A DNA stretch of 32,300 nt, taken from the NCBI GenBank assembly GCA_017609535.1, contig JAFCDU010000012.1, positions 1-32,300 of the forward strand. Direction: 5' to 3'. Shown piece by piece: positions 7,949 through 16,124 of the stretch. A model generated the notes under the pieces. It had not been told where the DNA came from, did no database searches, and was given only the letters and a program-made list of their open reading frames with translations. The translations under genes and the position numbers were made by a program. The stretch's first letter is position 1. The number at the start of each line of letters is the position of its first letter. Source of the DNA: Candidatus Pacearchaeota archaeon. GTDB lineage: Archaea; Nanobdellota; Nanobdellia; Pacearchaeales; GW2011-AR1.

Positions 7949-9631
7949 ATGATAGAAAAAGAAATAATAGAGGCTCATGCTCTTGAAAATTCTCTTCTGC
8001 ATAAGGGAAAGGCAAAGACTCAGGCGGTTCTTAATGCATTATTTGCAGAAGGGCTTGAGAAAAAAGATATTCCTGTAATTATACCTAAAATTAATGAAAT
8101 TATAAAAAAAGTAAATTCGCTTTCTGAAAAAGAGAGGCAAAAGCGGTATGATGAAATTAAAGACAAGGCAAAAAAGAGAGAGATTAGAACAGGACTGCCT
8201 CCTTTAGAAAAGGCAAAAGTTGGTGAAGTTGTGATGAGAATCGCTCCTTTTCCATCCGGCCCCTTACATATTGGAAATGCCAGGCCATTGATTTTGAATG
8301 ATGAATATACAAAAAAGTATGACGGCAAACTTATTTTTGTTATGGATGACACAATTGGAAGCTCTGAGAAACCTGTTGAGCCAGATGCATATAATTTAAT
8401 TAAGGAAGGAGTTGATTGGCTTGGTATAGGGTATGATAAGATTATTTATAAATCAGACCGATTGGAAACTTATTATGCATATGCAGAGGAAATGATAAAA
8501 AAGGGTTATATGTATGTGTGTTCTTGTTCTCAAGAAGAGATGCATGAACTCCGTGTGAAGGGCATCTCATGCGGGTGTCGTGAATTAGATTCTGAAGAAC
8601 AGATGAAAAGATGGAAAAAGATGTTTTCAGCTTCTAAAGGGGAATTTACAATTAGACTCAAGACATCTATGCAGGATCCTAACCCTGCTTTTAGAGATAG
8701 AGTTATGTTCAAGATATCTGAAAGAACTCATCCCCGTGTTGGAAAAAAATATCGGGTTTGGCCGACCCTCGATTTCTCGTGGGCAATTGATGACCATCTT
8801 CTTGGAATCACACACATTCTAAGGGGGATTGACTTGCAAATAGAAACCAAGACAGAAAAATTCATTTGGGATATTTTTAAGTGGGAACACCCTGTTGTAA
8901 TTTACAATGGATTTCTTAATATTGAAGGCGTAAAAATTTCAAAATCAAAAGGAGCAAGAGAAGTTAAATCTGGTGAATATATTGGATGGAATGATCCGCG
9001 CTTATGGAGTCTGCAATCTCTTAGAGATAGAGGAATATTGGCGAAATCCATTAGAGAGTTTATTTTGTCAATGGGTGTTACAAAATCAAATTCAACAATC
9101 GCTGTTGATGTTTTGTATGCTTTAAATAGAAAGAACTTAGAAGATGCTCCGCGATATTTTTTTATTGAAAATCCTGTAAAAATAAAAATCTCTGGAGCAC
9201 CCAAATTAAATGCTAAACTTCCATTGCATCCATCTAAAAAACTTGGATTCAGGGAGTATCAGACAATGCAGGAATTTTATATAACAAAGCGGGATTTTGA
9301 TTTGATTGATGGTGCGAATTACAGATTAATGCATCTTTTTAATTTTAAAACCTCGCACAATCCATTGCGCGGCAAAGAATTTAATTTTATTTCTGAAAAA
9401 CCTGACAAGAGCTTGAATGCAAGATATATGCATTGGCTCCCTGCTAATGAGGACAATATTAAAGTTAATGTTAGAATGCCGGATAATTTGATTGTATCTG
9501 GATTAGGAGAGCCGGGGATTTTGAAATTGAAAAAGGGTGAGATTGTTCAATTTGAAAGATTTGGTTTTGCAAGACTGCATAAATTAAATAAAAAGGAAAG
9601 GACCGCAGAATTTTGGTTTGCTCATCGATGA
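7949..9631 (+). CDS. gltX: Glutamyl-tRNA synthetase (archaeal/eukaryal type)
   Basis: 560-aa ORF with class I aaRS motifs 'PFPSGPLHIGNARP' (HIGH-type) and 'VKISKSKG' (KMSKS-type). The GluRS-like catalytic core is followed by an anticodon-binding region. Confidence 0.85.
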   Translation: MIEKEIIEAHALENSLLHKGKAKTQAVLNALFAEGLEKKDIPVIIPKINEIIKKVNSLSEKERQKRYDEIKDKAKKREIRTGLPPLEKAKVGEVVMRIAPFPSGPLHIGNARPLILNDEYTKKYDGKLIFVMDDTIGSSEKPVEPDAYNLIKEGVDWLGIGYDKIIYKSDRLETYYAYAEEMIKKGYMYVCSCSQEEMHELRVKGISCGCRELDSEEQMKRWKKMFSASKGEFTIRLKTSMQDPNPAFRDRVMFKISERTHPRVGKKYRVWPTLDFSWAIDDHLLGITHILRGIDLQIETKTEKFIWDIFKWEHPVVIYNGFLNIEGVKISKSKGAREVKSGEYIGWNDPRLWSLQSLRDRGILAKSIREFILSMGVTKSNSTIAVDVLYALNRKNLEDAPRYFFIENPVKIKISGAPKLNAKLPLHPSKKLGFREYQTMQEFYITKRDFDLIDGANYRLMHLFNFKTSHNPLRGKEFNFISEKPDKSLNARYMHWLPANEDNIKVNVRMPDNLIVSGLGEPGILKLKKGEIVQFERFGFARLHKLNKKERTAEFWFAHR

Positions 9632-10318
9632 TTAGGCAACCTCAATTCCTTTTGAGGTTAATTCCATTCCAACTGGATTTCGAAGATGATTTGTCCGCCT
9701 CATTTTTATAACTTTTAATGCTCTGTCATTTCCCTGCTTAAATCCATGTTCATATAAAATTGTAACTGAATCTGATAAAAATTTTAAAATATCGGTCTTG
9801 CTCCAAATTCCGGTTTCCACAGCACTGACATCTCCTTCTAAAAATTCATCAGACAGGATACTTGTAACTTTTAATCGCTTCATCAATGAAACTAAATCAA
9901 AAAGGTTCTCACGAATTTTACCAGCATTATTTTCATTTAATGCAAGCACAGAAACAGGGTCAAGACAGATTCTTTTAACTCCATATTTTGAGATAATTCT
10001 TGTCAATTCATTTTTTAATTCATCAATAGATGTTCGCGGGGAGAATCTTACAAATTTTACTCTATCCTGTTCATTTAATTTAGAAAAGTCCCATCCAAAT
10101 GAAATTGCATCGTATAAGGTTTCTATAATATCCGGTTCAAAGGAGCAATAAATTCCTGGTTCATTAAATGTCATTGCCCCATTCCATAAAAATTGCAACA
10201 TAAATGTTGTTTTTCCAGAACCTGGGCCTCCAATTATCAAATTAGCAGAATTTCTCACGAATCCGCCCTGAGTTATTTTGTCAAATCCAGAAATTCCAGT
10301 CTCACACCTCTCTATCAT
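9632..10318 (-). CDS. KaiC-like single-domain RecA-superfamily ATPase
   Basis: 228-aa ORF. 'GISGFDKITQGGF' is followed by the Walker A motif 'GGPGSGKTTF', with the typical KaiC/Rad55-like layout. Confidence 0.7.
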   Translation of the reverse strand: MIERCETGISGFDKITQGGFVRNSANLIIGGPGSGKTTFMLQFLWNGAMTFNEPGIYCSFEPDIIETLYDAISFGWDFSKLNEQDRVKFVRFSPRTSIDELKNELTRIISKYGVKRICLDPVSVLALNENNAGKIRENLFDLVSLMKRLKVTSILSDEFLEGDVSAVETGIWSKTDILKFLSDSVTILYEHGFKQGNDRALKVIKMRRTNHLRNPVGMELTSKGIEVA

Positions 10319-10361
10319 GTAAAATTTAGATAAAGAGTATATTTAAATTTTTTCTATGGCT

Positions 10362-10372
10362 AATTTTATAAA
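10362..10372 (+). promoter_or_regulatory. TATA-like box about 27 nt upstream of the thrS ATG
   Basis: 'aattttataaa' is centred near 10367 and the ATG is at 10394. Confidence 0.4.
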
Positions 10373-10393
10373 CCTGTATCTATTATTAGATTT

Positions 10394-11683
10394 ATGAAAG
10401 AAGGCAATATCAGTGAAAAAGAAAGACTACAAATAGTCAAAAAATTGTCCAAGATTAATATGCAGGCACCATTGGGAAAAAATGGGTTAAAGAGCAATGT
10501 TCAATTGGGAAAAGAACTTGATATTTACATTGTAAGCGAAGTTGTTGGGCAAGGGCTTCCTTTATTTACACCAAAAGGAGCGGTTATTAAGAGAGAGATT
10601 GAGAGATTTGTGATTGATGAAGAATTGAAAAATGGCTATGAGCATACTTCTACGCCTGTTATGGCGAAAAGCGATTTGTATAAGGTTTCTGGACATTGGC
10701 AACATTATAAGGACTCTATGTTTATCTTAAAGGTTGGCAATGAAACTCTTGCATTGCGTCCGATGACTTGTCCGTTTCATTTTATTTTGTATAAACGAAA
10801 ACCAAGAAGTTATAAGGATTTGCCTAAGAAATATGCTGAGATGTCTACTTTGTTTAGGAATGAGCAGTCAGGAGAGTTGCGAGGCCTGACAAGGGTGAGG
10901 CAGTTTACATTGGCTGATGCCCATATTATTTGCAAACCTGAACAACTTGAAGAAGAATTTGAGAAAATTTTAGAGCTGAATAATATGATTATGAAAACAC
11001 TTGGAATCAAAGATTTGTGGTATAGATTTTCCAAAGGCAATATTAAAGATAAGAAGAAATATATAGATAACCCTAAGGCATGGAAAGAATCTGAGAAAAT
11101 AATGAAGAAAATTTTGAATAAATTGAAGATTAAGCACATTGAAGCCAAAGGCGAGGCAGCTTTTTATGGGCCGAAACTTGATTTGCAATATAAAGATGTT
11201 TATGGAAAGGAAGATACTCTAATAACAATTCAAATTGATTTTGCTTTGCCAGAAAGATTTAATCTGGCTTATATGGACAAGGATGGGAAGGAAAAAATTC
11301 CTATGGTAATCCATCGCTCATCTTCTGGGGCAACAGAAAGGGTTATTGCGTATCTTTTAGAAAAAACTCAAGGAAATCTTCCTGTTTGGTTATCTCCTAT
11401 TCAGGCGAAGGTTATTAGTTTTACTGACAGAAATATTAAATCTGCTGAGAAGATTTTGTCTTCATTGAAGGAAGCAGGAATTAGAGATTTTGAATCTACA
11501 ACAGTTAGTGAAAAAGTAAGGGAAGCTGAAATAAGAAGAATTCCTTATATAATTGTGATTGGGGATAGGGAGGAGAAGGGAGGGACGGTTGCTGTTCGGA
11601 AAAGAGGAGAAAAAAACATTAAGATTATGAAAATTGATGAGTTAATTGAAAATATTAAAAAGTCAATTAGAGACAAGGTATGA
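10394..11683 (+). CDS. thrS: Threonyl-tRNA synthetase, catalytic core plus anticodon-binding domain only (no N-terminal TGS or editing domain)
   Basis: 429-aa ORF with the class II ThrRS core 'SGHWQHYKDSMF', 'LRPMTCPFH' and 'FRNEQSGELRGLTRVRQFTLADAHI', followed by a C-terminal anticodon-binding-like region. Only about 35 aa precede the conserved 'LGKELD' entry to the core. Confidence 0.85.
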   Translation: MKEGNISEKERLQIVKKLSKINMQAPLGKNGLKSNVQLGKELDIYIVSEVVGQGLPLFTPKGAVIKREIERFVIDEELKNGYEHTSTPVMAKSDLYKVSGHWQHYKDSMFILKVGNETLALRPMTCPFHFILYKRKPRSYKDLPKKYAEMSTLFRNEQSGELRGLTRVRQFTLADAHIICKPEQLEEEFEKILELNNMIMKTLGIKDLWYRFSKGNIKDKKKYIDNPKAWKESEKIMKKILNKLKIKHIEAKGEAAFYGPKLDLQYKDVYGKEDTLITIQIDFALPERFNLAYMDKDGKEKIPMVIHRSSSGATERVIAYLLEKTQGNLPVWLSPIQAKVISFTDRNIKSAEKILSSLKEAGIRDFESTTVSEKVREAEIRRIPYIIVIGDREEKGGTVAVRKRGEKNIKIMKIDELIENIKKSIRDKV

Positions 11684-11691
11684 TATTTTAA

Positions 11692-11698
11692 TTTTTTT
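11692..11698 (+). terminator. Oligo-T tract downstream of thrS (candidate archaeal intrinsic terminator)
   Basis: A T7 run lies 9 nt after the thrS TGA, within the 40-nt spacer to the convergent methyltransferase remnant. Confidence 0.3.
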
Positions 11699-11723
11699 CA
11701 AATTATCACCTTTGCTTAAATTT

Positions 11724-12268
11724 TTATTTCTCAACTGTTGCAGTTATATTTTTATCCTCTCTTATTGAGATAATTTTGAAACCGGCTTTTTTTAATTGAG
11801 CAGATAATTCTTCCTTGTCATATATATAGGTGTATCTCTGATATTTTTTTCCGTCGAGAGTCCATGGGATAAAACATTCTTTTGGTTTGTTTTTTAATCT
11901 TTTAGAATTTCTTGACCAAACAGATATGAGAACTTGGGATTTGCTTTTGAAGTTGGTATGCAGTGCAAAGTTGAGATGAAAATTGCAGAATCAAAAAAAT
12001 TATCTGGATAAGGAATTGCATCTGCTTTAGAATGCTTTAATTCTTTTGCTATTTTCTTTTTTTCTGCATATTTTAATAATTGTTTTGAAAAATCTAATCC
12101 ATAAATTTCCAAATTTGATTTTTTTATAAAATGTCTGCCTGAACCGCATCCTATATCGAGTAGTTTTCCATTTTGTTTTTTCATGAATTTAAGAACCTCT
12201 GGAATGGGGGTGGTTCTGAATTCTGCCCATTTATCTGCAATTTTATTCCAAACTTCCTGTTGATTCAT
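11724..12268 (-). pseudogene. Class I SAM-dependent methyltransferase disrupted by a frameshift
   Basis: The N-terminal frame (11894-12268) carries 'LLDIGCGSGRH' and 'DAIPYPDNFFDSAIFISTLHCIP', then ends prematurely. A second minus-strand frame stays open to the TAA at 11724-11726 and reads 'SQVLISVWSRNSKRLKNKPKECFIPWTLDGKKYQRYTYIYDKEELSAQLKKAGFKIISIRED', a typical C-terminus for this family. 11724..12268 is 545 nt, which is not a multiple of 3. Confidence 0.65.
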
Positions 12269-12286
12269 TGAATCAAAAAAATAGAC

Positions 12287-12298
12287 AAATATTTATAG
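12287..12298. promoter_or_regulatory. Single shared TATA-like box equidistant from two divergent start codons (methyltransferase ATG at 12268 minus, cbf5 ATG at 12319 plus)
   Basis: 'aaatatttatag' is centred near 12293, about 25-26 nt from both start codons. Only 50 nt separate the two ATGs. Confidence 0.45.
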
Positions 12299-12318
12299 TT
12301 TATGAAGATAGTGAAATT

Positions 12319-13125
12319 ATGAAAACTTTAACAGAATTATTGAATTTTGGTATTCTCGTAATAGACAAACCTTCTGGGCCAACTTCTTTTTCTGTTTCTG
12401 ATTTTGTTCGCCGAAAATTAGGATTAAAAAAAACTTCGCATTTCGGGACTTTGGACCCAATGGTCAGCGGTGTTTTGCCCGTAGCATTGGGAAGAGCTTG
12501 TAAGTTAACTGGATTTTTTATTGGACATGACAAGGAATATGTTGGAATTATGAGAATTCATCAGGAAATGAAGATGAGGGAAATTCAGAAAATTATTAAT
12601 AGTAAATTTATTGGGAAGATTATGCAGATGCCTCCAGTCAAATCGCGAGTAAAAAGGCGGTTAAGGGAAAGAGAAATTAAAAGTTTTGAATTATTAGAGC
12701 AGGATGGGAGGGATATTTTGTTCAGGAGTGTTGTACAAGGTGGAACTTATATTCGGAAGTTGATTCATGATTTAGGAAGGGAGATTGGAGGGGCTCATAT
12801 GACTGAATTAAGAAGAACACGGGCAGGGGTGTTTGATGAAAGCAATATTGTGAGTTTATATGATTTGGAAAAGGCAAGTGAGAAAGATTTGAAAAAAATG
12901 ATTATTCCTGCTGAAGATGCAATCAAGAAGATTATGCCTGTTGTGGAAGTTAATGAAGAAAGTGTTAAGAAACTATTGACAGGAAAGCCCTTATTTAAAG
13001 AGGATGTTAATGAACCGCTTCCTGATGGGATATTTGCTGTTTTTTTTAAGAATCAATTCATTGAGATTGCTGAGAGATTTGATGAGGGAGAAATTGTTGG
13101 AAAACCTAAATTTGTGTTTAATTAA
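12319..13125 (+). CDS. cbf5: tRNA/rRNA pseudouridine synthase Cbf5 (TruB family) with a C-terminal PUA-like domain
   Basis: 'VIDKPSGPTS' and 'HFGTLDPMVSGVLPVALG' (catalytic Asp). The track ORF begins at a TTG (12268) that overlaps the divergent gene's start. The in-frame ATG at 12319 ('MKTLTELL') has the expected TATA spacing. Confidence 0.85.
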   Translation: MKTLTELLNFGILVIDKPSGPTSFSVSDFVRRKLGLKKTSHFGTLDPMVSGVLPVALGRACKLTGFFIGHDKEYVGIMRIHQEMKMREIQKIINSKFIGKIMQMPPVKSRVKRRLREREIKSFELLEQDGRDILFRSVVQGGTYIRKLIHDLGREIGGAHMTELRRTRAGVFDESNIVSLYDLEKASEKDLKKMIIPAEDAIKKIMPVVEVNEESVKKLLTGKPLFKEDVNEPLPDGIFAVFFKNQFIEIAERFDEGEIVGKPKFVFN

Positions 13126-13201
13126 GCCTGAATGGTTATTTTTCATAAGGAAAATATAAATTTCTTGGTTCGGATTAATGTATATATCATAGGATAAATA
13201 A

Positions 13202-13211
13202 GTATAAAAAT
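13202..13211 (+). promoter_or_regulatory. TATA-like box about 26 nt upstream of the mcm ATG
   Basis: 'gtataaaaat' is centred near 13206 and the ATG is at 13232. Confidence 0.4.
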
Positions 13212-13231
13212 AAGTTGAGATTTTTATTTAC

Positions 13232-15259
13232 ATGGCTGATAAAGAGAGTGAGAGCAAGTTAGTTGGGCAGGAAGATTTGTTGATTGAAGCAAAGAGTTTT
13301 TTTGAAGGGCATAAAAAGGAAATTGGGGCATCTGTGAAAAGTGGTAACAAGGTTATTCATATTGATTTTCATGCTTTAGCTGAGCATTCTCCTGTTCTTG
13401 CTGAAGCATTGATTATGAAACCTGAAGAAATTTTTGGAATTTTGGAATTGGCTTTGGAAGATTCGGGATTAATTTCTGATGCAAGAGTGCGATTGCAATC
13501 AATTGCATCTGACCAAGAGATTAAGATTAGAAATATCCGCACAAAGCATTTAGGAAATTTAATCTCTATTGAGGGCATTGTTCGGCAGGCATCTGAAGTC
13601 AGACCACAGGTTGTTAATGCAAGATTTGAATGTCCATCATGCGGGACGATTATCTCTGTCTTGCAGATAGAAAAAAGGTTTAAGGAGCCAACGAGATGCT
13701 CTTGTGGAAGACGTGGCGGATTTAGAGAAATTGGAAAGGATATGGTTGATGCACAAAGATTGGTTATTGAAGAAAGTCCAGATGATTTAGAAGGCGGGGA
13801 ACAACCAAAGAGGATTAATGTTTTTTTGAAGGAAGATTTGGTTGAGCCGAAAATGGAAGAAAAAACCACTCCTGGAAGCAGAGTAAAGGTGATTGGAATT
13901 TTGCAAGAAGTTGCAATTCCGTTATCATCTGGGGCTTTATCCACCAGATATGATTTAGCTATTGAAGCTAATAATGTTATTCCTCTTGAAGAAAGTTTTG
14001 ATGATTTGGATATTTCTGAGGAAGATGAAAGGGCGATTAAGGAATTGGCTGCGGATCCTAATATTTTTGAAAAGCTTGTTAATAGTGTGGCTCCATCTGT
14101 CTGGGGTTATCCTGAAATTAAAGAAAGTTTGATTTTGCAGTTGTTTTCCGGAGTTAAGAAAAGAAGGAGCGACGGGACTGAGACCAGAGGTGATATTCAC
14201 ATTTTATTAGTTGGGGACCCTGGTGTTGCGAAATCAGTTATGCTGAAATTTATTTCTGGGATTGCACCTAAGGGGAGGTATGTTTCGGGGAAATCTGCCA
14301 GCGGAGCAGGACTTACTGCGACGGTTGTAAGAGATGAATTTTTGAGGGGATGGTCTCTTGAAGCTGGTGCGATGGTTCTCTCAAATAAAGGATTGGTCTG
14401 CATTGATGAGCTGGAAAAAATGGATGAAAATGACAGAAGCACGATGCATGAAGCAATGGAACAGCAGACAGTTACAATTTCCAAAGCAAATGTTCAGGCA
14501 ACTTTGAGAGCACAGACAGCGGTTCTCGCTGCAGCGAATCCTAAATTCGGAAGATTTGACCCAATGGAAATGGTTGCTAAGCAGGTTAATTTAGCTCCTT
14601 CTTTATTAAATAGGTTTGATGTTATTTTTATTTTAAGGGATTTGCCGAACAAAGAGAGGGATGAGAGCATTGCTGAACATGTCTTAAGCGAGCATCGGCA
14701 AAATGTTAAGCATGAGATTATTGAGAAAGATTTGTTGAGGAAGTATATTGCTTATTCAAAGCAGAGATATAACCCAATTTTAACTGATGATGCAGTGAGA
14801 TTTATAAAAGATTTTTATGTTGGATTGAGGAATCAGCCCTCTATGTCAGGGGAAATTAAGCCGATTCCGATTTCTGCAAGGCAGTTGGAGGCATTGATTA
14901 GATTGGCAGAGGCAACTGCGCGTGCGAGATTAAGCAATAAAGTTACAAAGAAAGATGCTGAGCGGGCGATTAATTTAATGAAATATTATTTGATGCAGGT
15001 TGGTTATGATGAAGAAAGCCATAGTTTTGATATTGACAAGATTTCAGGAAATCCTGCATCTAAGAGGGGAAAGATTCACATTGTTAAGATGATATTAGAG
15101 GATTTGGAGTCACGGCTTGGGAAATTAATTCCAATTGAGGAAGTTGAAAAGGAAATTGAAGGAAAGATGAGTAAGGATGAATTTGATGAAGTTATGGACA
15201 AATTAGTTAGGGCGGGTGATTTATTTAGGCCCAGAAAGGGGTATGTACAGAGGATGTGA
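13232..15259 (+). CDS. mcm: MCM replicative helicase
   Basis: 675-aa ORF with the zinc motif 'CPSCG..(x21)..CSCG', Walker A 'GDPGVAKS', Walker B 'CIDELEKM', 'SLLNRFDVIF' (arginine-finger region) and a C-terminal winged-helix-like tail. Confidence 0.95.
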   Translation: MADKESESKLVGQEDLLIEAKSFFEGHKKEIGASVKSGNKVIHIDFHALAEHSPVLAEALIMKPEEIFGILELALEDSGLISDARVRLQSIASDQEIKIRNIRTKHLGNLISIEGIVRQASEVRPQVVNARFECPSCGTIISVLQIEKRFKEPTRCSCGRRGGFREIGKDMVDAQRLVIEESPDDLEGGEQPKRINVFLKEDLVEPKMEEKTTPGSRVKVIGILQEVAIPLSSGALSTRYDLAIEANNVIPLEESFDDLDISEEDERAIKELAADPNIFEKLVNSVAPSVWGYPEIKESLILQLFSGVKKRRSDGTETRGDIHILLVGDPGVAKSVMLKFISGIAPKGRYVSGKSASGAGLTATVVRDEFLRGWSLEAGAMVLSNKGLVCIDELEKMDENDRSTMHEAMEQQTVTISKANVQATLRAQTAVLAAANPKFGRFDPMEMVAKQVNLAPSLLNRFDVIFILRDLPNKERDESIAEHVLSEHRQNVKHEIIEKDLLRKYIAYSKQRYNPILTDDAVRFIKDFYVGLRNQPSMSGEIKPIPISARQLEALIRLAEATARARLSNKVTKKDAERAINLMKYYLMQVGYDEESHSFDIDKISGNPASKRGKIHIVKMILEDLESRLGKLIPIEEVEKEIEGKMSKDEFDEVMDKLVRAGDLFRPRKGYVQRM

Positions 15260-15376
15260 GCTAAACTTGTTTGTTCTTGAATTTTAATAATGATAAATTT
15301 GAAGGGAGTTTATGAATAGGTTTTATTATAACTAAACTACAATAATCCTTTAAAACCTCGTCTTATTTTCCTTGAT

Positions 15377-15994
15377 ATGGAATTAAAAGAGCCGATGAAA
15401 AGGAATGTTGCATATAAACTGCGAATTGGGGATATTCTGAAGGGAAAACCAATTATTGAAGACGGGAGATTTAGGTTTTTGGAGCTGGGCGATAAAAATA
15501 TTGTTCGTGTTAATTTACTTGCGAATGTTGTTGATAAATTTGTAAATGATGGGGAGAAAAAATATGCTTCAATTACTGTTGATGACGCTTCAGGGCAAAT
15601 ACGCCTCAAACAATTTGGCGAGGATATTGCGATGTTAAAAGACATAACGCAGGGAGATACATTGCAAATAATCGGAAATGTGAGAGAATATAATTCGGAA
15701 TTGTATATAATGCCTGAAATTGTAAAGAAAGTGGACCCAAAATGGCTTTTAGTCAGAAAATTGGAAATTCAAAATCAAAGGAAAGAGATTCCCCTGCAGG
15801 AAGGCAACAGGCCTGTTGTTGATTTGATTAAGGAGAGAATTAAAGAGGCAGAAGCAGATGGCGGTGTAGATGTTGATAATTTGATTATGGAAATTGAAGC
15901 TTCTCCTGATTTGATTAATCAAGAGATTAAGAAACTACTGGAAGATGGTTTAATCTATGAACCCAGGCCCGGAAGATTGAGGTATTTGGGTTAA
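15377..15994 (+). CDS. OB-fold plus C-terminal winged-helix protein, RPA32/Stn1-like ssDNA-binding subunit
   Basis: 205-aa ORF. 'VRVNLLANVVDKFVNDGEKKYASITVDDASGQIRLKQFGED...GDTLQIIGNVREYNSELYIMPEIV' matches the RPA32-type OB pattern. The tail 'IKKLLEDGLIYEPRPGRLRYL' looks like a winged helix. The gene lies directly downstream of mcm. Confidence 0.5.
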   Translation: MELKEPMKRNVAYKLRIGDILKGKPIIEDGRFRFLELGDKNIVRVNLLANVVDKFVNDGEKKYASITVDDASGQIRLKQFGEDIAMLKDITQGDTLQIIGNVREYNSELYIMPEIVKKVDPKWLLVRKLEIQNQRKEIPLQEGNRPVVDLIKERIKEAEADGGVDVDNLIMEIEASPDLINQEIKKLLEDGLIYEPRPGRLRYLG

Positions 15995-16124
15995 GAGGGG
16001 CGGGGGAGACGGCATTTGGATGAAGTTAAGATTAAATTTCAGGTATTTTTCTCATTGTGCTTTATTATGAGTTTGAATTTTGGCTGTTTAGAAAAACCTG
16101 ATAAAGGGGGATTTCAAAAAGCGA

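Noticed and set aside
8263-8277. GluRS has 'HIGN' in place of the canonical 'HIGH' motif.
   Set aside because: Class I synthetases tolerate variation at the fourth position (bacterial GluRS uses HVGG-type motifs). On its own this is not evidence of inactivation.
13232-15259. I checked MCM, and also ValRS, topA and Rad50, for inteins or other large insertions.
   Set aside because: The motifs are contiguous and the lengths are at or below the family norm. There are no Cys/Ser...HN intein junction signatures.
16018-16112. I considered a possible C/D box sRNA, from GGATGA at about 16018 to CTGA at about 16109, in the spacer after the RPA32-like gene.
   Set aside because: The C box deviates from RUGAUGA. 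The spacing of about 95 nt is long for archaeal C/D RNAs. There are no convincing C'/D' boxes and no terminal stem.
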